DNA of 64,000 nt from Salpingoeca rosetta (taxonomy: Eukaryota; Protista; Choanoflagellata): positions 666,673 through 730,672 of the forward strand of contig JAWQFM010000006.1 in the NCBI GenBank assembly GCA_033442325.1, in the 5' to 3' direction. Position 1 is the stretch's first letter. Each line of letters starts with the position of its first letter. A model generated the notes under the pieces. That model worked only from the letters and a program-made list of their open reading frames with translations. It made no database searches and had not been told where the DNA came from. Both the position numbers and the translations under genes were made by a program. Of this stretch, positions 48,218 to 61,953 are shown in pieces.

Positions 48218-49091
48218 CGCGAGTGCTTGCTTACACTTTGATGTCTGGGCGGCGAAAGTGAACAGTCTGGAGGGCAACGCCCTGCTTCTCTGCAGCCTGC
48301 ATGAGCTCGTCGGGGGAGGCGGCAACCCTGGTCGCGAGCATCCAGTCCGGGTCCTCCCCAATCTCATCAATGTCTGCAACAGCAATGGAGGGAGTGTTAA
48401 TGATGGTGTGCGTGTGTGATGAAACGGTGGAAAGGCTTGTGTGTGTATGCTCAATGAATGTGCCCACATCCATACAGCCGCGCACACACACCAACCAAGA
48501 CAACACGACGAATGTTTGTGTGTGCGTGCGTGAGTTTGCGTGCATGCACGCATGGACACAACACGCATGCGTGTGTACGCGTACGTGGCTCTTCGTCGTC
48601 AGAGGTCTCGCCAATCTGCCAGTGGCGGTACTCGACGTGCTTGAAGGAGGACGAGCGACGCTTCACAGGGATGGCCTGTGGATCCTCAGAGCCAGGATCC
48701 ATCTGCACACACGAACACACACACGCACATGAACACAAGGACATGTTAGGGTATGAGGACAAACGAAACATGGTGGATGGTGGAAAGGCGTGCAAAGAAG
48801 AGAACCACGCGCACGCACACGCACGCACGCACACGCACGCACGCACAGGCACGCAAGTACGCACACTCACAGAAACAAGACACAACAAACAAAACGTACC
48901 ACCAAGTTCGTGGTCTGGTAATCCTCGGAGGTGCTCATGGTGCCTGGCTTCACGAACCGACGCGTGGGGTCTTCCGGTTCACCAGATGCAGTGGGGTCGT
49001 TTCGTTTGGAGACGTACATGCGCACGAGGACGGCAACCGCGGTGGGGATCAAGACAGCGAGCGCAGAGAGTTTCGTGAAGCGGTCCAGCAT
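46843..49091 (-). CDS. N-terminally membrane-anchored CBM21 (glycogen/starch-binding) protein, PPP1R3-like domain; exons ~49091-48899, 48702-48587, 48374-48236, 47843-47771, 47469-47391, 47174-47115, 46920-46843
   Basis: Spliced C-terminus IRIPNTVYDRGDVDCFVRYTTDG|WQTYNDAKA...QLFR|TRIPLPENEHGRLEFAICMR|SGGEEVWDNNFGANHVVQ has the CBM21 signatures VRYTxDxW, LEFAI and WDNNxGxN. N-terminal hydrophobic LSALAVLIPTAVAVLV. Confidence 0.8.
48053..48122. repeat. Intronic tandem repeat, 13-bp unit acacccacgcaca, about 5 copies
   Basis: Directly visible. Confidence 0.8.
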
Positions 49092-49895
49092 GGAGATGTG
49101 CGCAGGGTACAGAGAGACAGAAATGAGTGGTCAAGGTCAGGAGAAAGAGGGAGATGCGCCAGACAAGTGGAGAGCGCACGCACACACCCAGCAGCTGTTT
49201 GTGGAAAAAGCACAGGTTGTGGGGGGAGGGTGGAATAGAAGTGTGAAGCAATCGAGCTGAGAAATAGTGGAGCGAGAGCAAGTATGGGGAAAGAAGTGAA
49301 GCAATCGCCGAGATGGCCAGAGCAAGAGCAAGAGACAGTAAGTGTGTGTGCGTGCGTGAAACACCGACACAGCGGCGCAGAACGAAGTAACTGAGTGTGT
49401 GACGATGATGATGGTGATGCGAAGGGCGTAAGCAAGCAAGCAAGCGTAGGGGTGCGTGACGCAGGCGTGGCGATCAACAAGACGCAAAGGAAAGGAGAGG
49501 GAAAGGAGGGAGGGCAGGCAGACACACGCGAAATCGGGCTCGATGCGACTTGGACAACACAGGCGGCAGCGAGGGGGTGGATGTTTCACACTTACGTTGG
49601 CTGAGTGGAGACAGGTGGTGAGTGAGTGAGTGAGTGAGTGAACAATGCGTGTGTGTGGATGGAGAGTGAGAGATCGGAGGAGGCGTGCAAGCAACAAAGC
49701 GATTGCTTCTTTTCGTTCTCTTGCTTGCTTGCTTGCTTGCTCACTCTCTCACAGTTCTGCTTTGCTGACTGAGCCTTTTCAGTTGCCGAAAAACATGTAA
49801 ACTTTCATTCACATTTCCCAAAACGTGATGAAATGTGGTTGGGTGCGTTTGCGCTGTTGGTTGGTGTGTGTGTGTGTGGTGGGGGTGGGGGTGGT

Positions 49896-49990
<95 letters not shown>

Positions 49991-50303
49991 TTGGTGAGTG
50001 TGGCTGTGATATGGCACGGCTCGCCATCCCTTGGTTCACATCACTCGCTCGGCTGGTTATTGCTTGATTGTGGCGCAATGAGAGGCCATATATGATTTAT
50101 GGAACAGCACGTACAACAAACACACAACGACTGCAACCAACGAAAGCAGTGATGTGATACGAAACAACACACTCATACACGCTGCTGCTGCTGCATGGCA
50201 CAACCAGGCAGCCAATCGAGCAAAGCGAGCCAGTGTGCAACGTAACAACCGAGCACACTGCAAACCAAGGCAGCAAACAACAACAACAACAACAACAACA
50301 ACT

Positions 50304-50343
<40 letters not shown>

Positions 50344-50375
50344 CTTAAACAACAACAACAATCACACGAGGAGGG

Positions 50376-52808
50376 CTAGAGGAACGTCCTCTTCTTTGCC
50401 GTGTTCATGTATGGCCTATACACCCATTCTGTATCTGCATCGTCCTGATCCACCGTGCCTAGCTTGATGTGGTACACTGTCACGATGCAGCAGCGTAAGA
50501 AGGATGAGAAGGAGCAAGAGAAAAAAAAAGCAACACGGACCGCTCACACATGCACCACGTGCACGCACATCTATCACTGCCCAACATACACACACGTACA
50601 CACTTACGTTTCATCTCGAAGCGCGGCCCAATCTCTGCCAACTCAACCTCCTTGCCCTTCTTCGTGTACACGTGATGCCTGCAGGCAATCGTAAAAGAGA
50701 AGTTGGTTTGGTAAACTCGCACCAGTGAGCATCACGCGAGCGAGGACCACTTGGCCTAACTTCACAGTGCCCGCCTTTTCAATACAGCACCACAACCTCA
50801 CAGCCGCACAACACCACATTGTAGCGAAAGCATCCCACCACCGTCTCCCCATCTCTTCTTGCGCACCTGAACGAGATGTAGTCGCTGTCGTTTGCAAATG
50901 TCATGACGCGCCGCGTGTCATCACGCGGGACCGGAAACAGAAACTTCAGGATCGACGTCACCTGCCCACGAAATGCGCCAAATGTGTGTGCACGTGTGTG
51001 TGTGTGTGTGCACGTGTGTGTGTATGTGAGTGCACGTGTGTGCACGTGTGAGAGAGAGAGAGCTTGAGCGAGGACACGATCAACGAGGAACAAGTGCGGC
51101 AGCGTGAGAGAGTTCAACACACACACACACACACGTATAAAGGGGACAACGCACCCGCTCGCCAAGCGGTGTGGAGAAGCCGTGGAAGATGAGGTGCGGG
51201 TTTGCCTCCGACATTTTGCCCGGGTCCTCAATATCGTGGCGCATCACCACGTTGCTCAGCGTAAAGTATGCAGTGGGACCATATGGCATGTGCGACACAA
51301 TCAGCCCATCTGTTGTGTGCGTGTGCGTGTGCGTGTGCGTGTGCGTGTGTGTGTGTGTGTGCGTGTGTGTGTGTGCGTGTGCGGGCACTCCGAGGTTCAC
51401 AGCGCGCAAAGAGCCACGCCCCCCCCCACACACACACACACGCGTGCACACGACAGTACAAGCGACATCAGCCGCAGCAGCAGCAGCACCTGGCTCGCCG
51501 CGACGCTCGTGCACGATGATGAGATCCGTCACTTCAATGTCCCGACACACTTGCACCAGCTGTCAACATGGTGGTAGTGGTGGTGGTGAATCGGAGATGT
51601 AGATGAGAGGAGCAGGGTTTCTGATCGGCATCAAATGCTCATGCATGTGTGTGATGCAAGCGCAGGCAACGTTTCAGACACACACGCACACACGCACACA
51701 CGCACGCACGCACACACACAAAAACAAACACACATATACACACGCACAAACATGCACATATGGTGACACAAGAGCACAGAACGGACACAGTGTCCTCATG
51801 CACACGAACCTCTTTCAGGATGGTGCCACCACGGTTAAGACGCTGGGCTGTTGGAAACAGCAACTTCATCTCCTGTGTTCATTCATACAGTCGCATGTGT
51901 TTTGGTGAGTGATACAACAGCCGAGACTTGAGAGACCACAAGTACACAGCGATGGAGAATAGAGATCTGGTGATTGTTGGTGCTGCTGCTTACCTTTGTG
52001 AACTGCTTTAACCTTGCGCTGGGATCACGGGAGGTTGTGATCATGATGCGCGGATCCTCAACACCCGCCTTCCTGTACTCGTCATCGCGCACATCTGCGT
52101 AACAGCAACAAGTTCAACACAGTGAGTGAGAGTGTATGTGTGTTTGAGTGTGTGTGCGCGCGCGTGTGAGTGTGTGTGTGTGTGTGGGTGAGCGATCCTA
52201 CACAACCAAATCGCAAATTGCACAGCATAACGAGCTCGAGCGTGACTGTGGACAGCAGCAACCAACCTGTCTTTTGTTGGTCATCCAAAGCAAGGAGGCG
52301 GCGAAGCTCGGGCTCCTCTCCCCGGAGTTCCGTTGGGATTGGCTTGCCAGCTACAATGCCGATTGTTGGGCAGGTGTGCACATGCATGTGTGTGGGGGGG
52401 GGGAGGTGTTTGAATGCGCGGTTTCAAACGTGGGTGAGCAAGATTGCGCGACCACACCACAAGCATTCCACACACACAAACACACACAAAAGCACATCCA
52501 CACACAGCCACACAGAGAGGCACGCATCGCACCTTCGAGGGCTGCCTTGAGCGCGCGCTTCTTCTGTTCAATCTCATGCTGCTTTGTTTGCTGAGCCCTC
52601 TTGAAGAGGTACTCTTGCCTCTCACGAATCTGTCGTCGCAGCTACAAGCACGCACGTACACACACACACACACACAGTTGTTCACAAGCAGCAAGCAAGC
52701 AGCCACAGTATGTGAGGCGTTCAAGTGGGAGCAACACACCCACACAGACACACACACACACACACCACGCACGAACAGCACACGCCGCAACACACACGTG
52801 CTCACCAT
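50376..52808 (-). CDS. IMP4: U3 snoRNP protein IMP4 (Brix domain), ~11 exons; the first coding exon is ATG only
   Basis: M|[15 protein letters not shown]...GKPIPTELR...[31 protein letters not shown]|[15 protein letters not shown]...HERRGEP|[16 protein letters not shown]...[12 protein letters not shown]...[17 protein letters not shown]. Confidence 0.95.
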
Positions 52809-52905
52809 CTTGGCAGGGTGCAGTTGTGAAGATTTGCTGAAGATATGAATGAATTTTCGGCAAACCTTGGCAAAGCGATACAAGCAGATCAGCAACAAGG
52901 GCAAG
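52809..52905. promoter_or_regulatory. Compact bidirectional promoter/5'UTR region between IMP4 and RRP42
   Basis: Only 97 bp separate the two divergent ATGs; AT-richer core atatgaatgaattttcgg. Confidence 0.65.
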
Positions 52906-53008
52906 ATGGCAAGCAAAGCAGAACGGCAGTTCATTGCCAATGGCATCGCAGCCAACATCCGCTGTGATGGCCGTGATCTCCTGGATCGAAGGTATGTTTG
53001 GGGTGTGT

Positions 53009-53072
<64 letters not shown>

Positions 53073-54630
53073 GAATGGTGCTGTATCAACAACAGCTGCT
53101 CTTCTCCTGCGCTGTGGCTGTCCAAGCTCCACCATGTCATCCTACACCCACGTTCCACATCCACATCCTACACCCACGTCCCACACCCCACATCCCCATG
53201 CGTGTTCGTTCACACGCATCAGGCCACTCGAGTTGGAGACTGGAAACATCACAAATGCAAACGGATCGTCACGAGTACAGCTGATGGGCACGGATGTGCT
53301 GGTTGGCGTGAAAGTGGAAGTGGCAACTCCAACAGACGACCGCCCCGACGAGGGCATGCTCGAGGTACGGTGTGACTCTGTGTGACAAAGAAAACGTGCA
53401 TGTTGTCACGTGTGAAACGCCTGTCGCTGCGGAGTGATGCTCGAGATGTGGCTGACCATGCCGAATGCCGCCCAAATCTGCGCCACACCCACAATGCAAC
53501 TCACATGATGCACCTGTTTGCACATATGTTGCAGTTCTCCATCAGTTCTTCAAGTGCAAACGCGACAGTCGCCGCATTGGATGCAAGAACAGCAGATAAG
53601 ATGACGCGCTCCCTGGAGTTTCTGGCTGAGCAGCTGCAGAAGACATCACACGCCCTCGACTTGAAGGTGCGTGTATGTGTTTATGCGTGTGCGTCAGTGA
53701 ATGTGCATGCGTTTATGTGTGTGCGTCAGTGTATGTGGATGTGGATGTGTATATGTGTGTGTCATTGTATGAGTGTGTGTCAGTGTGTACAAACGTTTTC
53801 ACCACCACACGCGTTGCTTTGCCTGTGCCAATGCTGGTGTCGCAATCCCTGGCACCTCACCATGCCTCCATGTGCTGTTGTGTGTTGCTGTGCGCGCGAG
53901 CAGAAGTTGTGTATCCTGCCGGGCAAGGCCGTGTGGTGCGTGCGCGTGGACGTGCTGGTGCTGCAGAGCCTGGGCGGAAACGTGGTGGAGTGTGTGTTCC
54001 TCGCCATCAAGGTCTGTGCTCAACCCCATGCCGTCCCACTGCTCGAACCCGATGAGAAGCAGCATCCGTGTGGGCTTCGCACGGGTTTGAAAGCAGCTTT
54101 ATGCTGGTTTTAACCCCTTTGTTTCGCTTATGCGCCACCTCCAAACTCCAACTCACAGCGACGTGTGTCTGTGTGTGTGTGTGTGCATGTGTGTGCGTGT
54201 GTGTGTGTGTCTTCTGTGTGTCTGTGTGTGTGTGTACGTGTGTGTGTCTTCTGTGTGTATGTGTGTGTTTGTGCGTGTGTGTGTCTTCTATGTGTGTCTT
54301 CTGTGTGTCTGTGTGTGTGTTTGTGTATCTGTGTCTGGTGCCTGTGTGTGTGTGTGTGTATCTGTGTGTGTGTGTGTGTGCGTGTGTGCAGGCTGCGCTG
54401 CACGACACGACCATCCCCAACTGCACCCTCATCAAGGACAGCAACGGTGAAGCCGTGGACTTTGACATCTCCAGCAACGCTTACGACGTGCGCCACGTGA
54501 ATTGTTTGTTGTATTTGGTGTTTGCTTGTGTTTGTGTGTGCATGTGTATGTCAATGCATGCACATGTCAATGCATACACTTTCACTTTCTTTCTTCCCTT
54601 TCGTGACGTGTCATCCGCACACAACGCACG

Positions 54631-54704
<74 letters not shown>

Positions 54705-55328
54705 CACACACACACACATGTACACCCCCTCCCTCACGTGACAGGTGTCTCCGATTGAGGGTGTTGCTGAGTTTCCTGTCATCCTCTGCTTCGGCATCAT
54801 CGGCGCCCGCGTTTTTGCTGATCCGCTCTTTGAGGAGGAGGTGACACATTTGCACTCCTGCCTGGTGTTGTTGCTGTGTCTGTGTGTCTGTGTGTGTGTG
54901 TGTGTGTGTCTGTGTCTGTGTCTGTCTGTCTGTGTTTGTGTGTCTGTCTGTGTTTGTGTCTGTCTGTGTCTGTCTGTGTTTGTCTGTCTGTCTGTGTCTG
55001 TCTGTGTTTGTCTGTCTGTCTGTGTCTGTCTGTGTTTGTCTATCTGCACTTGCGTCTGTATGCCACCCCCACCCCTCTTCCTCACCGCCCAGCGTTCCCC
55101 TTCCTCCCTTCTCTCCCTCAACTCCCACAGGAGTGCGCAGACGCGTTTGTGCTGGTAGGCGTGAGTGCGAGCGGGGCGGTGTGTCTGACGCAGCAGGTGT
55201 GTGCTGGGCGTGGCGTTGATCCCACGACCATCATCGAGGCAGTGGACACTGCGCGACAGGCTGTCAAGGGCGTGTTGGAGGACACGGGCTGTACACACAC
55301 CAGCATCTGCAATGCCGATGGGCAGTAG
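52906..55328 (+). CDS. EXOSC7: Exosome core subunit RRP42 (RNase PH-like), ~7 exons
   Basis: [29 protein letters not shown]|[33 protein letters not shown]...P.EG.LE...[26 protein letters not shown]...AALHDTTIP...FADPLFEEE; TAG at 55326-55328. Confidence 0.92.
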
Positions 55329-55819
55329 TCGCGGTGATGTGGGATTGAATGGTGGTTATCGGTGTGCTCGTTGAGAGAGTCAGAGGATTGGCAACATGCA
55401 TGTTTGCATGTGTGTCTGTGTCGTATGTGTGTCTGTGTCTGTCTGTCTGTCTGTCTGTGTATATCTTTGTGTGTGTCTGTGTCTGTGTGTGTGTGTGTGT
55501 GTGCATCTGTGTGGTTGCTGAGTGAAGCGAAGTTGTTTGACAATGAATAAACGAGAGTCATTCGTGTATGCCATCTGTCACATCAGGAAGTGATGAATAA
55601 CAACCGTGCAGCGAACAGTAAACTCAAGTGATCAAGCGATCAAGCAAGGAATAAGGCATCTTCATGTGTGGGTTCACAATGTCATGTCATGTAACAAATC
55701 TACGCACGTGCATGCTCGCGTGCTCACAAACACACACACACACACAAGTATGCTCACGTACACATTACACATACACACGTGCGCAGCACACCGTCAAATC
55801 ACACAAGCCAGCAAAAGCA

Positions 55820-57555
<1,736 letters not shown>

Positions 57556-57632
57556 CAGCGTCATCAGCGTCCAACAACAACAGTGAAGCAAAACCAAGCA
57601 AGCAAAAAGTCAAACACACACACACACACACA

Positions 57633-57667
<35 letters not shown>

Positions 57668-58320
57668 CAGCAACGACTTTAAACGTGTGCATTCGCTCCA
57701 CTTCGCTGCGTGCGTGTTTTGTCCCACCAGTAAGAGCAACACAGCCTACAAGCACCGCCCTGGTCCAGCCTGTCGTGTGTGTGTTGTTGTTGGGGAAAGA
57801 GAGACGCACTCGCTGTCTGTCTTCTTGACCGATCACGCACGCACGCTCGCTTGTTGTTGCCACTCACTCACACGTTCAACAGACTGCTGACTGAGGGAAA
57901 GCATCGTGTGCCTGGCCTCGTTGTTGTTGCTGTTGGTGTTTCCCCCCGTCCGCACCTTGCTGTCAACCAGGCTGAGAAAACCGAGGAGGAGCCATGGTGC
58001 GCCGCGGCAACAGTGTCACGGACACGACAGAGGCCTTTGAGATGCAGCGTGAGTTGTGTTGTAGTGTTGTGTTGTGTGCTGTATTGTGTTGTGTTGTGTG
58101 TGCAGTGTAGTGTTGTGTGGTGTGTAGTGTTGTGTTGTGTATTCTCTCGAACCATGATAAACCAATGTGCTGGCCACCACAACTTGCGTGCTCACGCACA
58201 CACACATAACCACACACACAACCACACACACATAACCACACACGCACATAACCACACACGCACACACGTCTGCTTCCCCTTTATTGCACAGACAACCCTG
58301 ACCCTGTTCGTCAGCCGAGC

Positions 58321-58809
58321 ATGCGGTCCCGCTCGGGGTCGAGCAACCTCCGCCGTCGATCGATGACGGAGCGCAAGGCATCCTCCAACGCCCAGTCGCG
58401 CCAGTTCGAGCGCCGCAGAGGTATGGTGGTGCCGCTGGCCGTGTCGGTGGTGCTGATGGTGGTGCTGGTGGTGGTCTGTGGTCACGCGTCTTTTGGATGT
58501 GATGCACACGCTCGCTGTGGGTTCTTCGCTTTTGCTTTGCACCCTTTGCATTTCACACACGCATGCACACATCAACACGCTCACTGACAACCAACACACA
58601 CACACACCAACCCACCTCTCACACCGACTGCAGCGGACCAGGTTCGCATCTGGAGTGAGAACCGGCCGTTCTTTGCGGCCAAGGCGGGCCTACTCAAGGT
58701 CCTGCAGAAGTTTGAGGAGTCCAGCTTCGCCTCCCATGAGGAGCGGGTACGTGCAGTTGCACGTGCGTGCGTGTGTGCGTGTGTTTGTATCTGTGTGTTT
58801 GTTTGTGTC

Positions 58810-58842
<33 letters not shown>

Positions 58843-59855
58843 TGTCTGTCTGTCTGTCTGTCTGTGCCGGTATCTCTCTCCCTCTCTCTATGTGTGTGCC
58901 TGCATACGATTGAGTGTGGTTGGGTTGGTTGCCACCGTGAACCTTATTCCGCTGACGTTTCCCTCGCTCACGACACGCCACACACGTCTTCCCCTCCCCT
59001 CTCATTGCCGTCCCCCGGGGCAGGTTGACTTCTACGTGAACAACCGCGACCCCGTTGGCGCGACGGTGCTGCACGTGACCATCCTCTGCGAATCCCTCGA
59101 TGTCGCCAAGTACCTCATCAAGACGTGAGTCGACCCCACCAACAGCGGTGTCGGGTGTCGCGCTGTGTTGGATGGCGCATGTGCATTACATGCCGCCTTT
59201 AGCCTTCCTTGTTCACCTGTTCCCATCTCACAAAACACGCACACACAATATGCACGACACGTGACGCACAACACACGCAACACACGCACACAACACAACA
59301 TACAATTCACATGGTGTCTGTGCAGCTACGGCGCCAAGCTTGTGCGCCAGCCCTACGAGTCCACCCCACCCTCCCCCTACGAAGGAGAGACCGCCCTGCA
59401 CCTGGCCATCGTCAAGCGCCAATATGAACTGGCCAAGATGCTCGTGCAGTACGGCGCCGACATCAACGCCCACACCACAGGTGCACCCACTGCCCCGCGC
59501 TGTGGTTGTGCCTGTTTGTGTCTGTTTGTGCTTGTGTATATGTGTTTGTGTGTTTGTGTCTGTGTGTCTGGTTGTGCTTGTCTGTGTGTCTGGTTGTGCT
59601 TGTCTGTCATGTACGTCATCATCGTGGCGATGGTCGGGCATTGCGCGTGCTGTTTCTTCACTTACGACTCGTGTTCGCCGCCCCATACGTGCACGCATTT
59701 TCCTTTGCCTTGCCTGCAGGCACGTTCTTTGACCAAGAGATCTCTGTGGACAAGGGCCTGTACTTTGGCAGCACGCCGCTGCACTTTGCCGTCTGCTCCG
59801 GCGATCTACGCATGGCCGAGTACCTCCTCAACCACAACGCAGACGCCTCCCTCCC

Positions 59856-59941
<86 letters not shown>

Positions 59942-60873
59942 CGCGCGCGCGTGTGTGTGTGTGTCGTACAATGCCATTCACAATACCCCTGCATTCGGCG
60001 TCTCAACACTTCAAACCCCCCCCCAATCACGACAGGATTCGTACGGCAACACGGCGCTGCACTTGTGCGTGGTGTATGAGGACCAGGCCATGTACGACCT
60101 TGTTGCCAGCCGCGACCAGGCCTTCGAGGGCAAGCTGAGGGTGCGCTGACGCTGATGTTGATGTTGATGTCATCGCCATGGTGCCATTTCAGAATTCCCC
60201 TCGCCTGAAGAAACCTGTGCGCACAACAAACACCGCGAATATGTTCTCACCCCCTCCCACACCCTGCGTACTCTCACCCTTTGCTTCATCCCCCTCTCCT
60301 ATTATGACTTGCGCCAGGTTGCGCGCAACAACGACGGGCTGACGCCACTGAAGCTGGCTGCCAGTCTTGCCAGCGCCACCATGTTCAAGCACATCCTCCA
60401 CCGCAACCGCGAACTCAACTGGGCTTTCGGACCCATCAAAGGTGCCGTAGTGTGTCTGTCTGTCTGTCTGTCTGCATGTGTGTGTGCGCGTGCATGCGTG
60501 CGTGTCTGTGTCTGTGTGTGTCTGTGCATGTATGCGTGTTTGTGTGTGTGTGTCTGCGCATGTATGCGTGTTTGTGTGTGTGTGTGTGTGTGCGTACGTG
60601 CGTGCGAGTTTGTGTGTGTGTGTGTGCGTACGTGCGTGCGAGTTTGTGTGTGTGTGTGTGTGTGCATCTCAGCGCTCTCTCAAGTGCACTTTGTTCCAAC
60701 TCAACTTCATATCCCTCTCCCACCTCCGTTTGTTGGATGCGCAGAGTACCTGTACCCGCTGAAGGAGCTCGACAGTGTGGAGAAGGAAGGTGTTCTCGAC
60801 ATTCTCGTGCAGCATGGGTCTCTCGAGCACGCAACCCTTCTCAAGCTCCCGCCGCTCCAGTAAGCACCTCGTG

Positions 60874-60960
<87 letters not shown>

Positions 60961-61906
60961 CATTTCGTGACAAGCCGTGGACAACTCAAGGCAGCATGAA
61001 ACATCTGCAAGCCCTCTACCCCTCGTATCTCACCCTTCAATCCATCAATCCCTCATCCAATACCCTGCGGTGTTGTTGTGTCCAGCGACATGCTGGCGGA
61101 GAAATGGTCCCGGTTTGCCAAGTTTGCCTTTGGCTGTTTCATCATGATCTACATGGTCGTCATCGCCTGCCTCATTGCCGGTTCGTTCCACCGCCTGAAA
61201 GCACGCGCCCGCTGGCACTGCCCTCCTGTAATGAACGCCCTCTGCTGCCTTTGTGCGCTGCCAAGGCCGCCTTGTTCACGTCCCATCTCACCACCATCAC
61301 CACCATCACCACCACAGCGCTGTACCTGACCCAGGAGCCCAACTCGTACTCGTCCACGCAGGATCTCGCCCGCCTCCTCCTCGAAATCATCGTCGTCTTC
61401 TGGGTCACCGTCGACACCGTCGCCTTCGAAATCCCAGGTGCATTTGCTTTGTGTGTGTCTGTGTGTCTGTGTGCCTGTGTGCCTGTGTCTGTGTCTGTGT
61501 GTCTGTGTCTGTGCCTGTGTCTGTGTGTGTCCCTGTCTGTCCCCTCCCCCAACGCACACACACACACACCATCCATCAACCTGCACTCTGCTGTCCCACA
61601 TCCTTGTGCTGATCACCACGCCCTCCTCACCCCTCTCCCCTTTGTCTTTTCCTTTGTTGTGCACAGAGCTTGTGCGCTACGTGCGTCACGGCATACGCCC
61701 GAGCCAGCTGTATGCCGGGTCGTTTGTGTTTGTGATGAGCAACTGGCTGTTCCGCGCCATGCTGGTCATCTGCATTGTTCTCCGCGTCAGCGATGCCCAA
61801 GCGAACGTCCAGCGAACCTTCCTCAGCTTCCTCGCAGGTGCAGTCCCGTGTGTGTGCGTGTGCGTGTGTGTGTGTGTGCGTGCGTGTGTGTGTGTGTGCG
61901 TGTGTG

Positions 61907-61953
<47 letters not shown>

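Noticed and set aside
48300-48370. LIR/AIM motif in the CBM21 protein (EDPDWMLA)
   Set aside because: Position +3 after Trp is Ala, not L/I/V, so it does not fit W-x-x-L.
57990-58320. Upstream ATG exon for the TRPV gene at ~57994
   Set aside because: Its phase does not join the MRSRSGSS frame, so the start was left at 58321 as uncertain.
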